Of a DNA stretch of 64,000 nt, positions 24,600-37,939 are shown one piece after another. The stretch comes from Geosiphon pyriformis uo1. Its lineage: Eukaryota; Fungi; Glomeromycota. The stretch lies in NCBI GenBank assembly GCA_016748015.1, contig JAAOMT010000514.1:418924-482923 (forward strand), in the 5' to 3' direction. The translations under genes and the position numbers were made by a program. How positions within the stretch are numbered: the first letter of the stretch is position 1; each line of letters starts with the position of its first letter. A model generated the notes under the pieces. That model was not told the origin of the DNA. It searched no databases and saw only the letters and a list, made by a program, of their open reading frames with translations.

Positions 24600-27360
24600 T
24601 GATCTAAGAAAAATTGATATTGTCTAATATTAAATTCACACAAGAGATGCTTTACCAAAATAACAACAAGCTTATTGAGTTTTATCTGCCAGCCATCAAT
24701 TCATCAGAGAAAAAGTCCAAAGAATGCTTAATAATGGATTGATTCAATTATCAAGAAGTTTATGGGTCTTATCAGTAATTTTAGTTAAAAAGAAAAACGG
24801 AAAATTCAGATTTTGCATTAACTATTGCCAACTAAATAGTGTAATAATTAGAGATGCTTACCCTCTTCCAAGAATTGATGACATGCTAAATGCTCTAAGA
24901 AAAGCCAAGTTCTTCTCAACTTTAAACTTGAAAAGTGGATACTGACAAGTTAAAATGAACCCAAAAGATTGCTCCAAAACAGTATTTACTATTTAAGAAG
25001 GAAACTATGAATTCAATATTATGCTTTTTGAACTCTGCAATATACCAGCAACATTCCAGTGACTCATGAATGTTGTATATGAAGAACTCTTATAGCAATC
25101 AGTAATTGTCTATCTTGATAATACTGATATATACTCACCAAGCTTTAAAGCTCATCTTATTTACCTATGAGAAGTTTTTTAATAATTACAGAAAGCAAGA
25201 TTAAAGTTGAACATTAAGAAATATTACTTTGGAAAAACAAGTTTAATTTTTCTTGGACACATTGTTAGCAAAGATGGAGTCAAACCAAATTCAAAAACAA
25301 TCAGTGTTATCAAAAACTTTCAAACTTTCAAAAATACTACAAAGCTATAAAGATTTATAGAATTAGCTGTCTACTATTGGAAATTCATAAAAAAATTCTC
25401 AAAAATTGTCAAACTACTCAATTATCTTACCAACAAAAATGTGCCTTATTAATGAATTAAAAAACAACAAAAAGCTTTTGAAACTTTCAAAACAAAATTG
25501 ACAACAGCTCCAGTCTTTGCTTATCTAAACTTTAATAAATGGTTTTAACTAGTTACTGATACTTCATATACAGTATTTGATATTATTCTATTACAATTGG
25601 ATAAAAATGGCCAAGAGCAAGTCATTGCCTATGTCAGTAAGACACTCAAACTAACAAAACTCAAATATGGCTCAACTGAATTAAAATCTGCTGCAGTTAT
25701 TTGGGCTTTTAAACACTTTTAACAATATCTGAAGAATGGAAAAGAATTTAACATCATAATTGACAATATTGGCCTCAAATGGCTTAATAAAAAGAAATTT
25801 GAACAAAGTGCCAAACAATCTTAATAGAATGACTTCTTAGCAGACTATAAATATATTGTATATTACAAACCAGAAAAACTACACACTAATATTGACAGCC
25901 TCTTAAGAAGAAGACAAAAATAACATTAATTACAATTCTATTATAACTTACCAACTTATCAACAAAAATAACCAAACAACAATAGATTCCAAAAATTACA
26001 ACAACATTAAAAACTATTTGGAAACTCTCACTATGCCAGAAAATTGATCTTTAAGTAAAAAACATTGATTACAACATTAATTAAAACAATATTTCATACA
26101 CCACAACAAAATCTATTATAAAAATCACAGAAATCCAAACCAATCACTCAGATTAGTACAAGAAAATAAAATAAAACAATCCTATACAACATGTATACAG
26201 ACCCTTCTTTAACACACTTAAAAAAAGATGGAACAATCCAAAGAACTCTTAAACATTATTTTTGGCCTCACATGTAAAAAGACATTTAACAATATGTAGA
26301 ATCTTATAATAGTTGTCAAAAAAGAGAAGAAACTTGTCTCATGGAACCTTTAAATCCAATCAAAATTGGACAACCTTTTGACAAAGTTGGAATTAATTTA
26401 GTCGAATAATTACCTATCACAATCCAAGAAAATCATTATATTGCAATTATAGTAGATTATCTTACCAAATGGCCTAAAGTTAAAGCTACCCAAAAAGCAG
26501 ATGCAAAATTAATAGCAAATTTCATTTATAAAGACATTATTTGTAGACATAAATGTCCAATTGAATATTTATCTGATCAAAAAACACACTTTGTAAATAA
26601 CTTAATACAAAAAATTTGTGAACAATTTAATATCAAAAGATCTCTATTATCACTTTATTATTTCTAAACAAATAGACTTGTAGAATATTTCAACAGAACA
26701 TTGTGTAAATTCTTAACCAAAGTCTTGCCTAATTTTGAGCAGAAATGGGATATATTTATTTTATTGGTGTTACTAGCATACAGAATACTAAAACAAGATA
26801 CTATAAACACACACCATTTAATTTTATTTATAAAAGGACAGCAATATTACCAATTAATTTTACAGTAAAAACATATCCAGTGCAACCAATCAATGAAAAA
26901 AACTTTCAAAAAACACTTCAAAAAAGAGCTTACACTTTTTTTAATACATTGGAAAGCAAAAAACAAATAGCAGCTATTTATATTGAATACTTCTAAGCTT
27001 AACAAAAAAAAAGACATGACAACAAACTGCCACCAGTTACCAATGAATTTAAAGTTGAAAATAAAGTTCTCTTACACAAAACTAAGGCTAAAAAACAATG
27101 GAGTGGGAAATTTGAACATAAATAAGATAAACCATTTTACATTCACAAAATCATAAGCAATAGATTATACAAGTTAAGACTTGATGACAAAGTACTAGCA
27201 AAAGTTGCACATAGAGATCAATTAAAACACTATTATTCTGGAAACAATCTTGAATTATTAATTCTACAAATTGGTATACATTCTTCTTTAATTAATCCTA
27301 AAGATATTCTCCAAAATTTAGAATCAATAGTTATAATAAAACAACAACCCAATTTGAATA
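24600..27360 (+). pseudogene. pol: C1 RT, RNase H and integrase
   Basis: ORFs 24724-24945 (FCINYCQLN...YPLPRIDDML...FSTLNLKSGY) and 26745-26996; YLDNT and DYLTKWP motifs with many stops. Confidence 0.9.
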
Positions 27361-27530
27361 CTTAATTTAATATTTTTACAAATAATTTCTTTTAAATACA
27401 CAAAATATAAAACAAAAATAGTAAATAATTACAAAAAACACTTAAACTTAAAAACAAATAAAACTCCATACCCAAAAATTATTTTTTTTATTTTTTTTCA
27501 AATTTTATTTATTAATTAGTTATTTTCATC

Positions 27531-28236
27531 ATGATTATTTTCTGAAATATTCAACAAATATTCCAAAAATTAATATTAGCTCTAAAAACACTTCCTGATT
27601 TATCAATAACAATTAATAGAAGTCAAATTAATTACATTTAGAAAAAACCACAGTCTCAGTAGTAAACAATTCACAGAATTATTACTCTTATAGAAAAAAC
27701 ACAAAAAGTTATTCTGGTATTCAGTTATCAGAATTCTTGAAGCAAGCATTAAAAAAAATTTTTTAATTGTTTTTATTGATATTTTACCAAATGTCACAAC
27801 TCAACAAAAACTTCTACTATTTTTTAATAAACAGAACAATGATTATACTTTTATCTATAGATATTTTTATATTGGAAAAACACTTTATGAATGAAAACTG
27901 GAACTTACAACAATAAACTTTACTCCTAAAGCTATACAAAAACAAATTCACAATAAATTTAAAACAGCAGCTGGACTAGTAAATACTCACTACAAACTTA
28001 GAGCAGCATTTAGACTCTATGATTTATTCAATACTTGTAAAACCATTCTACAAAATCTAATACTTTACCCAATAAAAATTCAATATATTGGAAAGTTCAC
28101 AGAACTAAAATTTTAACAATTTTTGGACCAGATCACTTCAATTATTTTGAACCACTATCTTAATATCACAGATAGTGCTTGGACTTCAATAAAACTCAGT
28201 TTTAAGGAGGAAATTATGTTACCAATAGAATTTTAG
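27531..28236 (+). pseudogene. C1 extra ORF3 (disrupted)
   Basis: ATGATTATT start and ...EEIMLPIEF* end; colinear with the intact C2 ORF3. Confidence 0.85.
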
Positions 28237-29179
28237 CTATTAATTAACATAAAATTACTCTTATAATTCCCATTATTAATTAGTATATATTATTATCATT
28301 TTAATTATCACTTATTATTTAATCAAATTATCAAATATTATCATTCAATTAATAATCTAATTTGTATCATAGAAATTAAAATGATTAAAGTACACAATAT
28401 TCTGAACTATTTAATATTCAAAAATTCGCCGAAATTGGCAGAAATTGGCCAAAATAATTAATAGTTTGTAGAAATAACTTGTAGTTTGCTGAAATGTATT
28501 TTTAGTTCACCAAAATTAGAGCAAAGAGAAAAAATGCAAGTTCAAAAACTAGTATTACAACAAGTTGTATAAAAGAAGAGCTTTTTTTTTCAAGAAAATG
28601 TATCTTACTATAGTATCTTATTTTAGATATCTTAATTAGAACAAATCATCTTTTATATATCTTAAATAAAAAAATTAAATATTTAAAAACCAAATCCTTA
28701 ATTATTTCACTTAAAATTCTCTCAACACAACTAATATTTTGAAATTGATTAGCTACCAATTTCAGTAATCTGTTAGTGACTTTAGGCCTAAATAGAAAAC
28801 GTTTTTCTTGACAAAATTCTATTTTTTTTACATTTTTTTTATTTTTTATTTTTTTTTTCTTATTATAATTATTAGGATAGCCTACAAATGAAGTTCCTGT
28901 AAAAGAGTTAACTTTAAACAGCAAAGTAACTACACATTTTAGTGAGCTTCCAAATGAGCAATTTCTGAAAAAAAGTTGATATTTACTACAATATAACTAC
29001 ATAAAGTAACTGGCATGAAATTGGCCATTCCACTTATAAGCCCAGCAGTTCAAATTATAAGAAATAATTTGAAGATAAATTCAGTTATTAAAGGTTCAAC
29101 TACTTCCAGAAAAATGTGAATTAGCAACAGACAAACATTAACAATATTCAAGAAAAGAAACCAAAAATCTCTAGTAATA
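28217..29179 (+). repeat. C1 3' LTR
   Basis: TGTTACCAATAG...TCTAGTAATA (decayed TAACA) after PPT AAGGAGGAAATTA; followed by GTGC. Confidence 0.88.
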
Positions 29180-32100
29180 GTGCTATAACTATAAAAAATT
29201 ATCTGGAATATTTTAAATCAAATCCAGTATTATTTGCATATATTTTTTTGGGCCATATTTTTTTATTATTATTATTGTACTATTTCAGTTCTAATTTTTT
29301 AAAAAAATTAGGATAGACAAAATATTGTTTTATTTTAATAATTATACTTGATTTTTGAAATATTATGTTCTCTATTGTTAATATGTACTTTTTTTTAGAT
29401 TTTTTGGATTCAAAAATAAAATAAAATGTTTGTAAAAGTAAATTAAACAAAAAATTACACTCATCACAATACTAGAAATAACAAAAAATTAAATAATAAT
29501 TATATAGTTTTGTATTAAGATTAGCTAATTTTTGTTTTTGTTTTTTTTAGATAGAAACAAGTTTTTAATATTAGTTTTAGAATGCTTCAAAGTCATTAGT
29601 AAATATATAATTTATTTTTTCTACAATTACTAAAGCATTTTTTATGATATGTATTTTTTTAATCATAGTGTTTTCTCATTTTACAGTGGCTATTTTCCAA
29701 ATTTTTTTATTATTATAAAAGTATGAATTCAATTGATTTATTATTTAACTATAGACTGCAATAAATAGAATTTTTTTTTGGGCTTAGTTATTAATTAGAA
29801 TAGTGTATTAACAGAATTTGTTATCTATTTTTCTTCTGTTAAAAACATTATTCTATAGTTTTTTATTTGGTAGAATTTTATTATATGTAAAATATAATAT
29901 ATTGTTTTATTTGTTTTGTAATTTTGGTTATTTAAATTGTTTCAATATGCAAAGATGACAATAATATCTAGTAGCAGTTGGTTATATTTTATTATTTTTA
30001 ATATATGCACTTATTAAAAATAACTTTTTTTACAATTAATACAAATTAATTTTAAATATTAATATAGTTAATTTCTTTAATTTAAAGTTAAGTAGACTAA
30101 TATTAATGTTTTTGATTTTTTATCAGCCTTTTTTTTTTTTTTTTTTTTGTAAAAAGTGATAATAGCTCTATTCTGAAATTATCAGCCCAAATAACTTAAT
30201 AAGTTTTTAAAATTAATTGAAAGATAAGTTTTTCAAATTTAATTAAAGATTGTTTTAGACTATTGTTTTAAAATATCTATATATGACAAGTATTTTAACA
30301 TGTCATTTGTTAAAAATAATTTGAAATTTCTATATGTTTTAGTCAAATATAATATAAACTTTAGTTAATTAATTATTTCTTATAAGAATTTAATATTAAG
30401 TGGCTTCTATACTAAGTATTTTAATTAGAAGTTTGATTTTGTTAATTTTAAAAAAAAAATTCAATATTTTTTATTAATGTTTTGGTATTTTTATTTATAG
30501 TAATTATTCTGTCAGTAGTTATATAATCTATTTAGTAATCTAATTGATTTATAAGTTATCTTATAAATATGCTGCTTACTAATTTATTGTTAAGTATTAG
30601 TTTAATATTTATTTGTTTTACTTTAACATTAATATATATTGTTGCAATCAATTTGTTTTGATTAATAGCAGTTCTGCTAAAAAAGTCAATAGTATTTAGG
30701 CTGTCAATATCAAATAGAAATATGGTAACTAATGTGTTATTTTTAGTAATTATTATGAAAAAAATTATATTGGAGATGGTTTAATTGTTAATAAAAAAGA
30801 AAAAATTGGCAATACTAATTACAGTTTTTTTTTTTAAAAATATAATATTACCAAAATCTGAAGTTTTTATAAGATTAAGATATAAAGTCTGGTTTGAATA
30901 TTTTGTTAAAAATGTTTGAAATAGTAAGTTGCTATAATTTATAGTTTAAATAACACTATAATAGATTAAGTTTGATTTTTATTGTTGTTTTGTTATTCTT
31001 AATTATAGTTAATAGCTTAAAATTTTGAATTACTATATAATAAAGCTTGATACTAAAGTAGTATCTATAATATTGTTTGTAGGTATTAATAATAATTCTG
31101 TAATAATTGAAGTAAGTATTGAAAAACAAAAGATATTGAAATCTTGTAAATTGTAAATATCTGAATTGTTGCTAATATTGGTTTTTATAATTCTGATTTG
31201 ATAATTTTTTGCAGCAATTTTTTGTAATATGACCAGATTTTTGATAATATTAACAATTATAAAAATTTTGTTTTTAAAATTGTTGTTGTTGTTAGTAATA
31301 TTTTTGTTGTTGGTATTTGTTGATATTTTTTTATGTTGTGATGGCTGATAAGTTTCTAAATTTTTGACAAAACATTTTTCAATTTTCTGAGTCAATTTTT
31401 TATTTAATTGAATAATTTAAAATTATATAAGCTGCCAGAATATTAAAGTCTAATAGATTAAAGAATACTGCTTTTTAGTTTTTTGATAAATTGGTTGAAA
31501 ATTTGATCTAAAATATAATAATATTTTTTAATCATCTAAATTTGGTAAAAAGTTTGATTAAATTTTCTAAGATAAGTGGTTACAGCTTCTTAATTTTTTT
31601 GTTTTATTATGCTAAATTGATTTTGTAATCTAATAAACATATTTGAATTACAAAAATACTATAAAAAAACAAGTTTAAAAGTAACAAAATCAATCAGTTT
31701 TTAATTAAAATTTTGGTATTATGTATTTGTAGTTTTAGTCAAAAAAAAGTAAGACTTGAATTATTTTGATCTTATTTTAGCTATTATTGTAATTGTTTTT
31801 TGGTTTCTATAATCTATGTATATGCATTTTTTTTTATTAAAAATTTTTTCTAATTTAACAATATCTTTGTAAATTATGATTTAAATAATAGAGATTTGTT
31901 TAATTGTTAACAAAAAAGATATTAAAAGAAATATGTTTGATTGCTTTGTTAAATTTAAGGCTAGTTGTTTTTTTTATAAATACTATAATAGATTACAATA
32001 GAAATGTTTTTCCTAAAAAGATAATTATTGATTTAGTTAAAGACTATAATAAAAGTTATGCCCAAAAAAAAGTGTTTTCAACTAGATTACTGGTTATTAA

Positions 32101-34715
32101 AATAGGATTTTTAAACAAAAATTCATATTTTTTTAAAAATTTAATTTAAAAATTTTGATTAAAGTTTTAAGAATAAAGATTTTCAAAAGTTTTTGAAGTT
32201 TTTAATTATAATTTGGTGAGTTAATTGAATAAAATTCTGTTTTTTAAAGTTTAATAATATGAAAAAGTTGTTGATAAAAGAAACTTTAATTTTTTATTAA
32301 CTGTAAATAGAGCTTTTTTTTGTGTAATTTGTGTATTATTATCAGAGTTGGACTTAGATTTTTTAAAATTGGGTTTTGATGTTTGTTTTTTTTGTAACTG
32401 GAGATAGCATTTTTGAGTATATAATTCGATTTTTTTGTTAATTAAAAAAAGAATTTCAGCTATAACTCTTGTAATAGTTAAAGTTAAATATGTTAATAAT
32501 TTTTGGTAAATTTGTTTTTTGAGTTTTCTTGTATCTGTTGTTTGGCCTAATAAGTAGTTAATTTTAGTGTATACATAATTAATAAAATTGGTTTTGGCAG
32601 TAATAGTTTCTATTGGTATTTTTAAGTTTTTTTTAAAGTAATAATATAATGTTTTTTTAAATAACAAGTGATTTTTTCTTATAATCTTAATAATTATTAC
32701 TTTTGTAAATTTCTGAAGTGCTTTGTTTTTGTGAATTTTATAACTTTACAAAGAGCACCAAATATTATGAGTAAACTTGCTAAGATATTATAGTAATATT
32801 TAATGTTTTGAATTTGAATAAAGAAACTGTAAAGTTTTTTTTAAATACATAAAAAATATGCTAAAGTTATTAGTTTTTAAGAATTTTTGCTATATGTAAA
32901 TTTATTTATAAAGTTCTTTGGTTATAAAACATAATAATATATTTTGGCAGTTTAGAATTATAAATGTAGGCTAGTTTCTCTAAGCTAGTTGAGTATAGTT
33001 GCTAGGATTTAACATTATTTTTTTGTCTTTCTGATAAATTAACAAGATAAAATTAATATCCAAATCTAAAGAAAACTTTTCTTTTTTACCAAACTATTAT
33101 GAAGTTTATTCTTAAACAATTAATTTTTAATGTTGTTATTTTACAAAAAATAAAAAAATAAAATAAAAAAATAAAATAAAAAAATAAGAAAAAAAAATAA
33201 GAAAAATTAGTATTATTAATTATCATAATCAAAAAAAATTGGTTCAACCTATTGTTATCAAAAGTTTTTGGTCTCTTTTTTTGAATATTATTAATGTTTG
33301 TCTGTTGCTAATTCACATTTTCTGGAAGTAATTGGATCTTTAATAACTGAATTTATCTTTAAATTATCTTCTATAATTTAAACTACTGGACTTATAAGTA
33401 GAATGACCAATTTTGTGCTAGTTACTTTATGTAGTTACATTGTAGTAAATGTCAACTTTTTCTCAGAAATTGCTTGTCTGAAAGCTCACTAAAAATGTGT
33501 AGTTACTTTGTTGTAAAAGTCAAATCTTTTACAAGAATTCTATCTGTAGACTACTTTAATGATTATAATAAGAAAAGAAAAGAAAAAATAAAATATAAAA
33601 AAAATAAAATTTTGTTAAGAAAACATTTTCTATTCAGGCCTAAAGTTACTAACAAATTACTGAAATTGATAGCTAATTAATTTTAAAATGTTAGTTGTGT
33701 TGAAAGAATTTCAAGTGTAATAATTAAGGATTTGGTTTTTAAATATTTAATTTTTATTTGAAATATGTAAAAGGTGATTTGTTCTAATTAAGATATCTAA
33801 AGTAAAATATTATAGTAAGATACATTTTTTTGAAGAAAAAAGCTCTTCTTTTATACAACTTGTTGTAGTACTAGTCTTTGAACTTCCACTTTTCTTTTTG
33901 CTACAATTTTAGCAAACTAAGAATACATTTCAGCAAACTACAAGTTATTTCTACAAACTATTGATTATTTCGGCCAATTTCTGCTAATTTCGGCGAATTT
34001 TTGAATATTAAATGGTTTAAAGTATTGTGTAATTTGATCATCTTAATTTCTATAATACAAATTGGATTATTAATTAAATAATAATATTTGATATTTTGCT
34101 TAAATAATAAGTAATAATTGCAATAATAATAATATATACTAATTAATAATAGAAATTATGAGAGTAATTTTATGCTAATTAATAACTAAAATTTTACTGG
34201 TAACACCATTAAAATTTTAAAGTTATTTATATTAATAGCATCTAATCTAAAACAAAGATAAAAAAAACAATTAATTTGATTTTAACAACATAAATTTTAA
34301 AATTATATACAAGTAGATTGAATAACATTTTATTTAATAATTAATAAAAAATATAAAAAACTTAAATAAAAAGATTTATTAAGTTTAAAAATAAAATATT
34401 TAGAAAAAATTGGGTTTTGTTTTTTGTTTATCTTTTTTTATCTGCTAAAACTATTTGTTTTTATACATATTTTTTAGTTTTATAAGATTGCTTTTAATTG
34501 TTTATTATTACTAGCTATTGCTTGCTATTTCTATTATTGCTTTATTTTTTTATGCTATAATTAGTTATTTTATGTTATTTTATATTATTGTATATTATCT
34601 TGAATTATTATGTATTATTTTGTATTATTTTATATTATTATATTTTTTTTATGTTATTACATATTAATTACGTTTTTTTAATAGCTTTAAATTGGTTTTT
34701 TTTACTCAAATAACA
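29180..34715 (-). mobile_element. Highly degenerate Ty3/Gypsy element D0 (family D), 5' half; host of C1, inserted in A5 integrase
   Basis: 5' LTR 32763-34715 (split by solo-C) matches the reverse complement of solo-D. PBS TGGTGCTCTTTGT at 32744-32760. gag N-terminus ORF 32251-32667 is similar to B1 gag. Decayed CCHC at ~31215-31260, protease IKLILN at ~30570-30640, dUTPase motif 1 (NTGFDLKY) at ~29200-29240. Confidence 0.8.
33253..34205 (-). mobile_element. Solo LTR of family C inserted in the D0 LTR
   Basis: TGTTATCAAAAG...CTGGTAACA, colinear with the C2 LTR 36129-37097; TSD CTAT/CCAT. Confidence 0.9.
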
Positions 34716-36128
34716 ACATTTACCCAATTTTTGTTGTTTAATTATTTAATTGTATTGGTATTAATATTGTTAAATTTTTAATAATAACTTTTAATAACAA
34801 CAAATATATTATAACAGCTATTAATTATTTTATAAAATAGATAAAAACAATAGTTATACTTAATTAAACAGCAATTTTTATTGTTAATTTTATTTATGAA
34901 AACATTATATGTTGTTATAAATACTTCAAAAATATTTTATCTAATAAAAAAAAAGTTTTTTTTAGTACTTTAGTTAAAAAACTTTGTAGAAAACTAGAAA
35001 TATTATTGTTATGGGTTGGAGTAACAAGCTAATAAATAGCAAGGAAGAACAGAATTGTAGGATGATAGAAATAATCAAAGAAAATTCAACTTCAAAAAGT
35101 GAATTGAATAAATATGGATTCAATGTATAATGTTACCCAAGTAGAAAAACCGACCCGAAGTTAAAATGTGACCAGAACATGACATAACACAAAATAGTAC
35201 ACAATAATGTTGAATAATACATTATAACTTAGGATAGTGCAGGATAATGCATTATAATATAGAATAACACAGAATAACATGTAATAACACCAGATAATGT
35301 GTTATAATATAGAATAACTGGTAATAACATAGAAAAACAAAGCAATAACAGAAATAACAAAAGCAATAGTTAGCAATAACGAAACAATCAAAAGCAATCC
35401 TGTAAAACCAAAAGAATGTATAAAAGCAAGTAGTTGTAGAAAAAAAGAACAGACAAATAGATATGAACTACTAAACAAGAAACAAATATCCATACCCCCT
35501 TCTTATTTATTATATTCTATATTTATCTTCTGAAATAAATCAATTATTAAGAAATCCGAATCATGAATTTATGTTCTCAAACTGTGTGGAATTTATGTGA
35601 ATTAACCATTGTTCTGTATCTTTGTTCCAGGACAGATGCTCTTAGCATAACCACCTTGAACTATTAACAATTTGGACCAATTGCTCTTAATCACGGTGAT
35701 TGACGATACTAATCTATTTTTCCTTTTCTTTCTTATTTTTTCTTTTTTTTCTTTTTTTTCTTTTCTTCTTTCTTTACCTTCTTTTGTGGAGCAGCAACAT
35801 AGTAAAATTGACTATTTGGGAATAGACTTCATAATAGCTTAGTAAAAAAAAGAAGCTTCCCCTAGGTTTTTAGATATTAACATTATCTTGATAGCTTACC
35901 AAAAGGGCGAAAAGACAATGCCAGACCCTAACAACTGCATTCATTAGCTTGAAGAAGAAAGCTCACATTTATGGAAAATGTTGCAATTGATGAAAGACAA
36001 ACTCTGTGCCTTATAACCAAAGAACTCAATAGGTAAATTCACATCCAGGAATAGACCTTCAGAGACTGATAATCAAAACTAAGCCAACAGAATTATGCGG
36101 AAGATGCATTACCAATAATTGAGAGCAC

Positions 36129-37097
36129 TGTTACCAGAAATTTTTGGTCTCTTTTCTTGAATGTTGTTAATGTTGATTTGCTGTGAATTCACGTTTTCAG
36201 GAAGTAGTTGAATCTCCAGTAACTGAATTTATCTTCAAATTATCTCCTATAATTTAAATTGCTGGGCTTATAAGTGGAATGGCCAATTCCGTGCCAGTTA
36301 CTTTGTGTAGTTACATTGTAGTAAACATCAACTCTTTCTCAGGAATTGCTTGTTTGGAAGCTCACTAAAAATGTGTAGTTACTTTGCTGTGAAAGTCAAC
36401 TCTTCTACAGGAATCTCATCTGTAGGCTACCCTAACGATTATGATAAGAAAAATAAAGAAAAATAAAAGAAATGTAAAAGAAATGGAATTTATCAAGGGA
36501 AACGTTTTCTATTCAGGCTTGGAGTCACTAACAGTTTATTGAAATTGGTAGCTAATCAATTTCAAAACGTTAGTTGTGTTGAGGAAATTTCAAGTGTAAT
36601 AATTTAAGGATTTGGTTTTCGAATATTTAATTTTTATTTAATTTTTGTAAAAAGTGATTTGTTCTAATTAAAATATCTAAAGTAAGATTCTATGGTAAGA
36701 TATAAAAAGGATACATTTTCTTGAAGAGAGAAGCTCTTCTTTTATACAACTTGTTGTAGTACTAGTCTTTGAACTTGCACTTTTCTTTTTGCTACAATTT
36801 GGGTGAACTAAAGATATATTTTGGTAAATTTACAAGTTATTTCACTGAACTATTGATTATTTCGGCGAATTTTCATTAATTTCGGCGAATTTTGACTATG
36901 TTAAATGGTTCAGAGTATTGTATAATTTGATCATCTTAATTTCTAGAGTACAAATCGGATTATTGATTGAGTAATGATATTTGATAATTTGGCTAATTTA
37001 ATAAGTGATAATTGAAATGATAATAATATGCTAATTAATAATAGGAATTATGAAGATAATTTCGTGCTAATTAATAGCTAAAATTCTACTGGTAACA
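36129..37097 (-). repeat. C2 3' LTR (969 bp)
   Basis: TGTTACCAG...CTGGTAACA; PPT (minus GAGGAGGAGATTA) adjacent; TTCGGCGAA motifs at 36861-36890. Confidence 0.93.
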
Positions 37098-37785
37098 TAA
37101 TCTCCTCCTCAAGACTGAGCTCCATCGAAGTCCAAGTACTATCTGTGATATTAAGATAGTGGTCTAATATAATTGAAATGATTTGGTCTGAAAATTGTTG
37201 AAATTTCAGTTCTGTGAGCTTTCCAATGTATTGAATTTTTATTGGTTGCAGTATTGGATTTTGTAAGACGTTTCCACAAGTGTTGAATAAATTATAGAGT
37301 CTAAAAGCTGCTCTAAGTTTGTAGCAAGTGTTTGTTAATCCAGCTGCTGTCTTAAATTCATTGTGAATTTGTTTTTGTATCGCCTCAGGAGTGAGATTTG
37401 TTGCTTCAAGTTCCAGTTTTCGTTCATAAAGTGTTTTTCCAATATAAAAATATCTATATATAAGGGTATGTTCCTTGTTCTGTTCATTGAGAAATAGTAG
37501 TAGTTTTTGTTGAATTGTGGCATTTGGTGAAATGTTAATAAAGGCAAATAAAAGGTTTTCTTTTAGTGCTTGCTTCAAAAGTTCTGGTAACCTATTTTCA
37601 GAGTGACCTCTTGTTTTTCTTCTATAGAGGTGGTAGTTCTGAGAATTATTTACTACTGGGGCTGTGGTTTCTTTTTGAATGTAATTAATTTGACTTCCAT
37701 TAATCGTTATGGATAAGTCAGGAAGTGTTTTCAAGGCTAACATTAATTTTTGGGATATTTGTTGAATATTTCGGGGAATAATCAT
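37078..37785 (-). CDS. C2 extra ORF3, intact 235 aa, unknown function, no obvious TM segment or signal peptide
   Basis: ATG-to-stop open frame between IN and the 3' LTR, overlapping the PPT and the first 20 nt of the LTR; homologs in C1, A1-A5 and B1. Confidence 0.8.
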   Translation of the reverse strand: MIIPRNIQQISQKLMLALKTLPDLSITINGSQINYIQKETTAPVVNNSQNYHLYRRKTRGHSENRLPELLKQALKENLLFAFINISPNATIQQKLLLFLNEQNKEHTLIYRYFYIGKTLYERKLELEATNLTPEAIQKQIHNEFKTAAGLTNTCYKLRAAFRLYNLFNTCGNVLQNPILQPIKIQYIGKLTELKFQQFSDQIISIILDHYLNITDSTWTSMELSLEEEIMLPVEF

Positions 37786-37939
37786 GATAAAATTGACTAA
37801 TTAATGAAAAGAGAGAATAAAGAAAATTATTTTTTGGGTATGGAGTTTTATTTGTTTTTGGGTTTGTGTGTTTTTGTAATTATTTGCTATTTTTGTCTTT
37901 GTGTGTTATAAAAAGAATTATTGTAAAATTATGTTAAAT

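Larger units (their letters stand above)
23351..29179 (+). mobile_element. Ty3/Gypsy element C1 (family C, dUTPase-carrying), 3' part; host of A1
   Basis: Colinear with the reverse complement of C2 from ~41950 down to 36129: Cys domain, dUT, RT, RH, IN, ORF3, PPT and 3' LTR 28217-29179. Confidence 0.92.

Noticed and set aside
28646-33680. K/N/I/F-rich ORFs (28646, 31033, 31904, 33474)
   Set aside because: Low-complexity products of AT-eroded LTR or gag sequence.
37078-37785. ORF3 as an env gene
   Set aside because: No signal peptide, transmembrane anchor or Cys scaffold, and it is short for a fusion protein.
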